64,000 nucleotides of DNA from the human T2T-CHM13v2.0 reference genome, Homo sapiens. The notes under the pieces are model-generated. The model worked only from the letters and a program-made list of their open reading frames with translations, was not told the DNA's origin and did not search any database. The translations under genes and the position numbers were made by a program. Below are positions 27,771-38,686 of this stretch, piece after piece (position 1 is the first letter of the stretch; the number at the start of each line of letters is the position of its first letter). The stretch lies in the NCBI RefSeq assembly GCF_009914755.1, contig NC_060937.1; one strand, 5' to 3'.

Positions 27771-30026
27771 ATATCTAAGTAAAAAACAGTGCACTAAGAT
27801 TTATCCTCTATTGGCTTGACATATTGAAGGTCTTTTTTTGTTTTTTATGTCATGTAGGTTTTTAAATTGAAGCTGAACTTAGCACTGACTAATGTATGTA
27901 TAAAGAAGAAAATATTATGTAATAAGTGAATTATTATTATTTGGAAATACAATAAATTAGTTTTAATTTTGATTCATTAGACACAAATGTTACATTATTT
28001 TTTCTTAAACTTTTTGATTATATAATTATAATTTTTATTTTCTTACCAAAAGTGTTTTGAAATTTATATTCTTAGGTTATGTTTGATCAAGCAAGCAAAT
28101 TTCTTGCATAAAGTCTAAGTTAATGAAATTAAAGCTTCCACGAGAATACTGTTTTTTCAGTGAATTTCCGGTGAATTTGATAAACTGCCCATGTAACAAT
28201 CATACTGTCCTGATTTAACTTCATGACAACTTAATGGAGTGTAGGTGGATACCAGAAGTTTGAAATAGGTTGGAAATTGCACATTTCCCAGGGATTCAAA
28301 ATATATCTAAATGACTTAAATGAATTATAATTTCATTGTAGAACAATAAAATTCAAGTATTGAACATTTTCCCAGTTTGTACTTAATAAAAGTGGCTATA
28401 AATTTTAGCCTTTAATTTTAAGGCACTGCAAGTGTAATTTATGTAGCATATATTTACAAAAAATCAGTTTTAATAACGCACTTGCACATATTCATTAGTT
28501 TCCTCAAAAGGCTGGTAGGAATATTTTCTTATTAATTCTTGAATTGTCAACCTGAAAATATTATTACAAAAAAATTCACCATAAAAAATAAAATACAGGG
28601 TTTTAATGACAAAAATTATAGAATACCACAGTGACAGAATTTAGAATCAAAAGGACCTAAGTCAATACATTTGTTTAATTTTTATTTTTAAGTGACTAAA
28701 AGTAATTCTTGCTATTATTGTAGAAACACTGAAAATTTATTCTTAAGTAAATTTTTGTCAGTTATAATAAAATGACTGTTCTGTTTTTCTGCTAAGTAAT
28801 CTACTTTAATTAATCTTATTTATTCCATTTAGGGGTGGTCCTCCATGAAACTATTAAAATGTTATTTATAAAGCAAAATAACCAATATCAGGCATTAGAA
28901 TATTTTAATGGAGGTGATTCATTAAAAATATGTCTAAATAATTTTGTTTTTTTAAATTCACTTTTAATGCCATCAAAATACCTTGAGATTTCAACTTTGT
29001 TTTAATTCTATCAGAAAAAAAGTTGGGAATTTTCCCCCAGAATAAATTTTAATTACATTGAAAAAAATCAATTAAATTGAAAGCACACATTTGGTTCAAA
29101 CTCTATTCTACTTCACAAGGGGATAGTACATCATCATGGAACATGAGACAAGAATAAAAGAAAAGAAAACACGAAGAGCATTAAACTAATGTCTCCCAAT
29201 TTAGGTAGATAAGGTCTGTTTCCATGGGAAATGAGAGCTACAATACATAGCTGTAACAAATCTGGAAGAGAATTGACTTTTCAAAATCTTTCTACTGTGT
29301 TTTCTTATCAGATTTCTCTAGAGTTGCATACACTCAATTGAGTGATAAAGAAAAAAATGTCCCATGATCAAGAGAGACAAGGTGTAGATCTGAACATAGA
29401 TGATGAGAAACATTACCAGTAATCTCCAAGTTGCCCTTCTTAAGTGTGGTAAAGAAGAAGAAACCCAAGTTAAACATACATGAAAAAATTATGAATGTGC
29501 TTGCCAAGTATAGCCAGGATCTGCTAGGATTTCCCGCAGTTACCAGTTCCTTTACTTAAGTGACTTGTTCATCCTTCCTACACCATGGAACAAACTGAAA
29601 CTTGAGCAGTATCCCTCAAGAGGACAGTTTACTTCCCATGCCTTTAACTGGAAACTGTTTACTCATGCAGGTAACACCTAGAGGTAAAGTAGGTGTCCAA
29701 GGTCCTTGTGCTCTTTCAGATAACTGAAGGCCTAAACTTATAAAATAAAGAGAGAATTTAAATGTTGCCTAAACAAGAGTTTCCAGTGCACTCAGACAAT
29801 TATAAGCATGCTAAAGCAGTAGGAAAACTATAACATCAATCAAAAATACCAAAGTGCCACTAAAAGGAAGATTAATACACAATAATTGAAAACTGGATGA
29901 AATTTTCTACCTCATAAGGGTTTATATAATGACATTATTATAATCTGAATAAACTTAAAGCATTTATTCTGAATTTCATAAAATGAAACAAACAATTACT
30001 AATAAAATTAATTTAACAGAAAATGA

Positions 30027-31350
30027 AGCTGGGTGCAGTGGCTCACATCTGTAATTCCAACAATTTTGGAGATTGAGGCAGGAGAATCTCTTGAGGCCAG
30101 GAGTTCAAGAGCAGCCTGGGCAATAAAGCAAGACCCCCTGTCTAAATGAAATGAAATGAAGTAAAATAAAATAAAATTAAATTAAAATAAAATAAAATTA
30201 AATAAAATTAAATTAAAATAAAATAAAATAGCTAGGTGTGGTGACACATGCCTGTGATCCTAGCTGCTTAGGAAGCTGAGGCGAGAGAATTGCTTGAGCC
30301 CAGAAGTTCCAGAATGCAGTAAGCTAAGACTGCACCACTGTACAAGCTGAGATTGTCCCTGGATGACAAAGTGTTATAGGATTCCTTCGGTGCCCCTTCG
30401 CCAGCTGAAAATCTCTGTGGCTGCCATTACCTCTGCCTGGGTTCTCACGCTGACCGACCAGGGTTGCTCTCCTCGCTCGGCCCTGCAGGCTGCACTCGAC
30501 TCGTGCCACCAACCCAGATCCTGTGCCTGCTGTGGCTCTGCACTCAGCCCACGGGCTGGACCAGGCGTGCCGCCAGCGGCTTCCACCTTGGGCACCCGCA
30601 TCTAGATGAGCGGAAGTTGGTGGTGCCTGAAAACAGGGATGCCAGCAACCGTGAAGCCTGGGGAGTCCTGAGAGCTGAGCCCCTAAGAAATGTTATGGCT
30701 GCTGTAGTTCAGCGAGCAGCAGGGAATGGCGCCCAGTGGCTTTTTCTCTCCTACTGCTTGGCGAGCGGGAGGGCGTGGTACCCGCAGCTTGGCGAATGGG
30801 CGCGTGTTACAGCTTTCCTGCTCCCGCTGCCCCACAGCTCGGTGAGTTCCAGGTTCTTGCCGCGTGACTAAGAAATATAAGATGAGCAGAGACCGGAGAG
30901 TAAGTAAGGCAAAGAATTTTACTGAGCGACAGAAGGAAAGCTCTGAACTGTGAGAGGGGACCCTGAAAGCAGATTGTCCTTGGCAGTGAGAGGGGGACCG
31001 AAAGTGGGTAGCCTCCTGTGAGGCTAATTCCAAGTTTTTTATGGGCTCTGAATGGTGGCGTGCATGCTCATTGGTCCATAGGTGGTCTTTGGAAAAGCAG
31101 CATTCTATTGGTTAAAAGGCGTCATCCAGAATAAACCAATAGGGAGAGAGAGGGTAAGATCGGGATAGAAGTTCTCATTCCGGTCATGGGCTCTATCTGG
31201 ACCTGGCCCCTCTGTTTTCAGGCTGTAAACTGTCTTTGGCTTGAAGGTCGGGTTTCACCAGGGACCTGCCTTTGTCTGCCTAGGAATTTGTCTGTCTCCT
31301 GTTGCTATCAAAAGCATGCCCCTATCTCCTAATAATATAAAAAATAAAAA
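30027..31350 (+). mobile_element. AluJ split by an LTR insertion; linker expanded into an (AAATG)/(TAAAA)n microsatellite (30144-30230)
   Basis: Left and right monomers 30027-30371 end at CCTGGATGACAAAG and resume at 31311 (AAAGCATGCCCCTATCTC + A-rich tail). Confidence 0.85.
30372..31310 (-). mobile_element. LTR28/MER52/LTR1-group solo LTR (ERV1), CpG-rich
   Basis: Minus-strand start TGATAGCAACAGGAGACAGACAAATTCCTAGGCAGAC...GGTGAAACCCGACCTTCAAGCC; perfect TSD AAAG (30368-30371 / 31311-31314). Confidence 0.85.
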
Positions 31351-32159
31351 TTTGAAAATAAAGCGGATGGTAATTTAAAAAGGGGAAAATGAACCCTCAA
31401 AGCTTCATCTAAAGAGAAAAATAGGAAACAAGTCCCCAGAATACACACGAAAGTAGCGAACAGATGAATAGGTAGATGATATATAGACATATACTAATTA
31501 AAATGTTTTTAAAAGGAATAGAATACATGGAAGAGAAACCACATTCAAAGGTGTTTTTAGAAGAAAATAACACTCTAAACTGAAAAAAAGCCAAGCTGTG
31601 AGAAACCCTTGAAAAACTGAAAAGTCTCATCATTAACTATGCTAATTAATAAAATCCAGTAAAGCTTAAGTATAGATTTTCAAAAGTCTCTTTACTATTA
31701 AGAATTAGCAATGAATCCTAATTGGCATATCTGAAAAAATGGGACAAAGTAAAAATTAGAATAAGTGAATACCAAATTAATAAAAGAAAAATATTCTTAA
31801 ACTGAAGAAAGATATAAACAATAAATAAAATACCTAGCAGATTGCAAGCCAAAACTAATTTAAAGAAACAAATCATTGAAACATTTACATGAAAGGTATT
31901 GGTTAATTTGGATGCTTTTTCCTCCTGCTACAAACCTATACAAATATCTTATTAAAGGGAAAATCTAATATATAGCTGAACTCTGAAGAAAGGGAAATTC
32001 ACAAGTGCCATTTTTACACATGAAGATGCAAATTAAAGCCTTACCAGTTGTCAGCTGATGAGGAGATGCCACAGCAGCCTAAGTAAATTTGGTATCTTGA
32101 TATAGGCTTTATTAAATATACTTGAGGCACATATTAGTGAAACTGTAGACTCTCTGGCA

Positions 32160-32550
32160 GTATGTACAGATTTGCTCACTTAACCTTACTCTAACCCCTT
32201 TTGAATGACTTAATTCAGAGCAGAAGCAGGCATGCTAAAGTCTACTCTTTCCATTTTATCAGCTCAGGTTTGCAAGTGTTCTGGCTTTTACCAAACATTA
32301 GATCCACATGATATTTGGAAAGCAGGAATGAGTAAGAAATGTGCTTTTTCTCTTCCAGTTGTTTTTTTCTGGCAAGCACAGCCATGGATGAATTTGAGTT
32401 ATCTGCAGCAGCAATGCATAGGACTCAATGTTTAGTTCTTACCTTGAGGTGGAGGGCATAAAGCAACTATTTTAATAGCATGGATTGTGTCTGTGATAGT
32501 GTGGCCCTGGAGCCAACAGTTAAAGTGGCCTCTTCCTCATCTCTAGCTCA
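32160..32550. mobile_element. Possible old ERVL LTR fragment (LTR33/LTR41-like)
   Basis: Weak recalled similarity; lies just upstream of an ERVL pol remnant. Confidence 0.3.
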
Positions 32551-32897
32551 GAGGGTTGCCATCTGTAAGTCAGAATATTAGAAAACAGATCTTCTGGTTT
32601 TCCACCTTTCCAAAATTCAATAGAAGTCTACAGTGAAAGAGGCTGAAGTACTGAACATTCTTGTGTTAAAAATATGATAAACAGATGTAATAAATCATGA
32701 TGAGTGATCACGTTATAAGATCTTCACCCCACAGTTTACAGGTCATACTCCCCTATCAAGGCCCTGAAAATTACATGGGCAAAGGGATTGGTAAAAATAG
32801 TCAATAGGGTAAGTGCTATAATCAGAACAAATAAACACAGCAGCATTCCAACATCACATAGAAGTGGCGTACAGTCAAGTAGATGTTGAAGACACAA

Positions 32898-34400
32898 TGT
32901 GTCCGGAATTGGTGGGTTCTTGGTCTGACTGACTTCAAGAATGAAGCCGCAGACCCTCGTGGTGAGTGTTACAGTTCTTAAACATGGTGTGTCCAGAGTT
33001 TGTTCCTTCTGATGTTTGGACGTGTTCAGAGTTTCTTTCTTCTGGTGGATTTGTGGTCTCTGGCTTCAGGAGTGAAGCTGCAGACCTTCGCAGTGAGTGT
33101 TACATCTCATAAAAGCAGTGTGGACCCAAAGAGTGAGCAGCAGCAAGATTTATTGCAAAGAGCAAAAGAACAAAGCTTCCACAGTATGGAAGGGGACCCC
33201 AGTGGGTTACCGCTTCTGGCTCCAGCAGCCTTCTTTTATTCCCTTATCTGGCTGCACCCACATCCTGCTGATTGGTCCATTTTACAGAGAGCTGATTGGT
33301 CCGTTTCAACAGGGTGCTGATTGGTGTGTTTACAATCCCTGAGCTGGACACAGAGTGCTGATTGGTGTATTTACAATCCTCTAGCTAGAGGTAAAAGTTT
33401 TCCAAGTCCCTGTTAGATTAACTAGACACATAGCACTGATTGATGCATTTACAAACCTTGAACTAGACGCAGGGTGCTGATTGGTGTATTTACAATCCCT
33501 GAGCTAGACACAGAGTGCTGACTGGTGCGTTTACAATCCTTTAGCTAGACACAAAAGTTCTCCAAGTCCCCACTAGATTAGCTAGACACAGAGCACTGAT
33601 TGGTGTGTTTACAAACCTTGAGCTAGACACAGGGTGCTGATTGGTGCATTTATAAACCTTGAGCTAGACACAGAGTGCTTATTGGTGCATTTACAATCCC
33701 TGAGCTAGACACAGCTGTGCTGACTGGTAAATATACAATCTTCCAGCTAGATATAAAAGTTCTCCAAGTCTCCACCAGACTGAGGAGCCCAGCTGGGTTC
33801 ACCTAGTGGATCCAGCACCAGGTCCGCGGGTGGAGCTACCCGCCAGTCCCGCGCTGTGCCACCGCACTCCTCAGCCCTTGGGTGGTTGATAGGACCGGGC
33901 TCTGCAGAGCAGGGGGTGGCACCTGTAGGGGATGCTCGGGCAGTGCGCGGGAGCCCACCGCGGGGCGGGGGCTCAGGCATGGCTGGCTGCAGGTCCTCAG
34001 CCCTGTGCTGCCGGGAGGCGGCTGAGGCCCGGCGAGAATTTGAGCGTGGCACGGGTGGCTGGCAGTGCTGGGGCACCCAGCGCCCCCTCCGCAGCTGCTG
34101 GCCGGGGTGCTAAGCCCCTCACTGCCTGGGCGGCCGGTCTAAGTGCAGGGGCTGCCAAGCTCACACCCACCCGGAACTCGAGCTGGCCTGCAAGCGCTGC
34201 ACGCAGCCCCGGTTCCCGTGCCTCTCCCTCCTCACTTCCCTGCAAGCAGAGGGAGCCAGCTCCGGCCTCGGCCAGCCCAGAGAAGGGCTCCCACAGTGCA
34301 GTGGCGGGCTGAAGGGCTCCCCAAGCGTGGCCAGAGCAGATGCCGAGGCCCAGGAGGTGCTGAGAGCAAGCGAGGGCCGCCAGTACGTTGTCACCTCTCA
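32898..34400 (-). mobile_element. Full-length LTR12 (ERV9) solo LTR, LTR12C/D/E-like, about 1.5 kb
   Basis: Minus start TGAGAGGTGACAACGTACTGGCGGCCCTCGC, end CCAATTCCGGACACA; perfect TSD ACAA (32894-32897 / 34401-34404); GC-rich U3 and tandem enhancer repeats. Confidence 0.95.
33262..33780 (-). promoter_or_regulatory. LTR12 tandem CCAAT (NF-Y) enhancer/promoter repeats
   Basis: About 40-bp units (GCTAGACACAGAGTGCTGATTGGTGYATTTACAA); about 8 intact ATTGG and 3 mutated; TATA-like AATAAA on minus strand at 33235-33240. Confidence 0.75.
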
Positions 34401-37400
34401 ACAAGAAAGTTGGGTGAGCTGGTGACTTAATTCTCAGCATGCCTTCTCTTGCTACATCATCATCCTGCTGAAACCACCATGCCTGCAAACCTATGGGAAG
34501 CCTCTGTGACAAGCTGACTGAAGCAAAAACATTGAATGAGGTTAAAAAACAAATAGTTCTGCGTGACATATTGGGACCAGCCAGAAGTAGACTACAATCA
34601 CGCTCAGAAGTGATCCTGTAGAAAAGCAGGGGAAGAAATTTTTTGCTAGAGGACAAAAATGTTGAGAAATAATTTCATAGCTTACTTTACTTGATAATGG
34701 TGATTGCCTGAAGTCATATACATACTGCTCTTTCAACATGATTATGACTCTCTAAGTGGTCAAAAACTTGGGAAAAGCAAAAGTGGAAGATTTAGGAGAG
34801 CTAAATGAAGGTATGTGGATGGGCCTTTCAGATTAATGGATTTTGCTGCTCCTGTACCCACTGAAAAGGCTGTCAACAATAAGGTAGGCATTATGACCCA
34901 CCCAGAGGATTTTGGTCAGCCTCTTTTCTCAGACACATTTGTGTTTGCTCAATAGGCTGATGAACCAAGTGGTTATGCATGGATGCAACAGCATACCTAC
35001 CTCTTCTCAAGGCTATGGCTAAAACTGAGTGCCAAACTGGTTGTTAGCAGTGAACTATCTTTTGTACCTTGCAGATATTATTTTACAGGGTACAAATCTG
35101 CCACTAAATCATCTATTGGAGACAACAGTTTTTCTTCAGTACTAGAGATACAAATTTTGGAAATACATTTATCTTCTTCATAAGCCATTCTTTTCCAGCA
35201 AAATCATTCTTTGACTTACCTAATACCTCATTCTTCACTTTGGTATGCCAAACAATTTTGCTTCTAACTCTACAGCGAATGAAGTAAGGCAATATATACT
35301 AACACACACTGTATTCCCTGATTGTATCATGTTCCATATTGCCCAGAAATACTTGGACTTACTGAGTGTGAAATGGCTTTTTGAAAACTGAGTTAAGAGC
35401 CAGATTGGACATAAATCTTATGGTGCTTTCTTATAGGATGGTATATGCATTGAACCAGAATCCCATATGTGCTGCTGTTTCTTTTAACAGCCAAAATGTA
35501 TTGTTAAGAGAATAAAAAAGTAAAAGATGCATTCCCAAATGTTTTCGTTGATTCCTGTAACATACATTACTTATATTCTTTGTTGAACATGCCTCAGGGA
35601 TGCAATGGCTATCTTTAAATTTAGATAAAAAGAAAACATGTATGTACTTACATAAAATTTTAGTATGACAATTTTAAATGTGTGACAATAGAACTGAGAC
35701 TTTATGTATAATTATAATGGTTGTCAGCTCTTTATATAAATGTGACATGTATAGAGTATAGGTCTATGATTCATCTAATTTGGATTAACTAATGAGGTAA
35801 TATAAGTAATATTTACATTTCAATAACATAGAAAACAGTTACAATTTTGGCCTTGGGCTTACTGAATCATTTTATTTCTTCCTATTTATTTTTATTAATA
35901 TAAAGTGCCTTTTTTTCTATAAAAATAATGTGGTTGGGAATACATAACTTTTTTGTGTAAATATTTTCCCACATCATGATGGACCTACCTTGTAGATTTA
36001 TAAATCATTGCTTAGTGAAGTCTAATCTAAAGATGTTTACCTCCAACTTTCATAAATTTTGTGATCATTTCTTCAGCATTGATGCATGAGATCACAAAAG
36101 ATCCTAGCTCTTTCATTCGATTACAGGACTTATCATAGTCTTTAGAATATTGGAAATAAAATTATATTTGCTTTAGTCTCTTCCTTCCCATAATCAATTG
36201 GTTTTCCTTTCTAAATATCATTGCAGTGTCCAAGGATTTTCTACTAAAGCTAATCTTTTTAATTCTGAAAGTAAGAGTACAAAGGACCTGTAGTATATAG
36301 CATTTTTCTTACATAATAAATTATATAATAAATGTATATATTACAGTCATTCTCTATACACATATCACACACACATATAAAGAATTAAAAACAAAGTGCA
36401 GCTGTTTCTTTTTTTGTTCAGATATTTTATAGCATTTTGATTATGTCCTTCAGAGAGGTTGCTAGATCTGTGTGTTGTTTTGCTTAATCATCACATTTTT
36501 TTGAAAGAGGCTCAGTTGCCATCACTGAGATAACTTAGATTTAGAAATTTTTGTTGAATGCCTTAGTGACAACCATTACAGGCTGCCCATGAATTTAGCA
36601 TCTAGTACATTTTCTTGCTGGAAAAAAATTCATGAAGAAGAGGGATAGAATTGGACACCAATTGAAAATAGGAAAAGAGGAAGGTACTATGCCCGGCTAA
36701 GTGAACAGCCTTAGCAAATTCATGAATTGACATGAAATTTGCATGAGCACAGTACAATCCGGGGAAAATAAAACAATTTCCAATGGTGCATTTTTTTTTT
36801 CTAATTTCAGGGAAAGAGTATTTTTGGTCCTGTTTTTGAGGTTTGGGACAGTAACAAGAAAAGAAGCAATTTTTACATTTAAATGGGATGAGAAGTTCAA
36901 CACAAATATCTGTAGCAACAAGGAAACATCTCGAAAAATTCTTATTAAAATTTATACTTACCGTTGAAACTACAGACATATGACAACTCAAAAATAAACC
37001 CAATTTGGACGTGGAATGTTTCTTTCAAGTAAGATAGAATGCAATTATATGAAAATTTTTTCCACCCTTGACCCTGTATCAAAGATCAGCCCAAATAATT
37101 TGTGAAGCATCCCAGAAGTGTAAATGAAGCCGGAGTTTCAGTGTTACAATCACAGAATAGGGTCTTTCATCTATAATTAAATTATGGATTATGATAACTT
37201 TATTACCCATCAACTTGGCATTAAACAGCGTGAATCACAGCATGGGGTCTCTCTTAGCTAAAACTCCTGGGATGCAGATTCAGATGAGACCATTAGAGCT
37301 GAAAATAAATGCTAGCTTCCAGATCTCTGCCAAGGAGATAATGTCCTTCTGCATTGTTTAAAGAAGATGAGAAGACCCAGAATACAGGAAATAATTTTCC

Positions 37401-38005
37401 CAGGGGAACAAACGTATTTGAAAACATCTATCAACTTCCTTAGATGCTAAAAAGAAAAAGTTTAATTATTAGATGTTAAATGTCTCATATTATTAGATAT
37501 ATTCAACATGAAACTTTCCCCTAAAGAGGAGGGTAATAAATGATGAACAAGAAGAGAACTTTCCTCAGGTTTTATGTCTGATATATTTGTAAAATAAATT
37601 AAATAACATAAATACAACAAACATGTCTCTGAAAGCCAACCACCAGAATTTTTTTCTATTAAATGCCATCCTCATTGGTTGTTAGTGAAACTCACCAATT
37701 TACTAAGTTATTAAAATAAAAACATTAAATGCTAATGATATCTTGAGACTTCTGCCTAAGCATGGATTTACTATTAATGACTTTTGAATAGTTTATGCCA
37801 TAATTTATTAATGTTAAATAAGACTTCCTGAGAAATACTTTTTTTCAATAGATTAATATAGCTATAGGCTTTATGATTTACTTAGCGGTTTTGACTGAAG
37901 GGGGGAGAAGTGTTGCCATTTTACAGATAGGGAACTTAGAAGAGGAAATTGAGAATTTGAACACACAAAAGACATAAAAATAGTAGGCATTGAGAATGGA
38001 GCTCA

Positions 38006-38686
38006 TCTGGCAATCCCGCAGCTGGGTATATATTCAAAAGAAAGGAAATCAGTATATGGAAGATATATCTGCACTTCCATGTTTATTGTGGCACTTTTTG
38101 CAACAGCCAAGGTATGGAATCAACCTAAGTGTTCATCAACAGATGAATGAATACAAAAATGTGCTATATATACACAGTGGAATATTACTCAGCCATAAAA
38201 AGAATGAAATTTTGTCATTTGCAGCAATATGGATGGTACTGGAGGTCATTAGATTAAGTGAAATTGGCCAGAAATAGAAAAACAAATATTGCATGTTCTT
38301 ACTCATCTATGGGAGCTACAAAGGTAGATTTCATGGAGATAGAGTAGAATGGTGGTTACCAGAGGCTAGACAGGAAATGGGGAATGGTGGGCATGAACAT
38401 AAGTTGATTAAGGGATACAAAAATAAAGTTAGATACAAAGAGTTTATTCTAGTATTTGATAGTACAGTAGGGAAATACAGTGATTTCTGTAAATAATCAT
38501 TTATTTTGTATTTCAAAATAGTTGGAAGAATTGTAATGTTCCCAATACAAAGAAAAGAAAAATTTTTGAGATAGTGGATATTACAATTACCCTGATTTGA
38601 TCAGTACACATTCTATGCATATATCAAAATATCAATGTACCCCCAAAATATATATGATTAGTATATATCAATGAAAATATACCAAA
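38006..38686 (+). mobile_element. 5'-truncated L1MA (L1MA4/5-like) inserted in a MIR
   Basis: L1 ORF2 end and L1MA 3' UTR; perfect 11-bp TSD AATGGAGCTCA (37995-38005 / 38687-38697); flanks rejoin as an antisense MIR starting at about 37915. Confidence 0.9.

Larger units (their letters stand above)
32780..35520 (+). mobile_element. Decayed ERVL pol remnant (RNase H to integrase), interrupted by LTR12
   Basis: QQHSNIT*KW before the LTR12; ..DKLTEAKT.., NNKVGIMTHPEDFGQPLFSDTFVFAQ*ADEPSGYAWMQQH and integrase-like ..YHVP.CPE..GL....NGFLKT after it. Confidence 0.75.

Noticed and set aside
30324-31033. Cluster of 60-135 aa ORFs in both directions
   Set aside because: All fall within the GC-rich LTR28-like element or its Alu junction; compositional artefact
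33262-33780. Regular repeat array superficially like CRISPR
   Set aside because: Units are tandem with no unique spacers, match LTR12 enhancer repeats, and the context is eukaryotic with no cas genes
33997-34656. Longest ORF (219 aa) and overlapping ORFs at 33747-34430
   Set aside because: They lie largely in GC-rich LTR12 U3 where stops are rare, and the longest crosses the LTR boundary; no recognisable protein family
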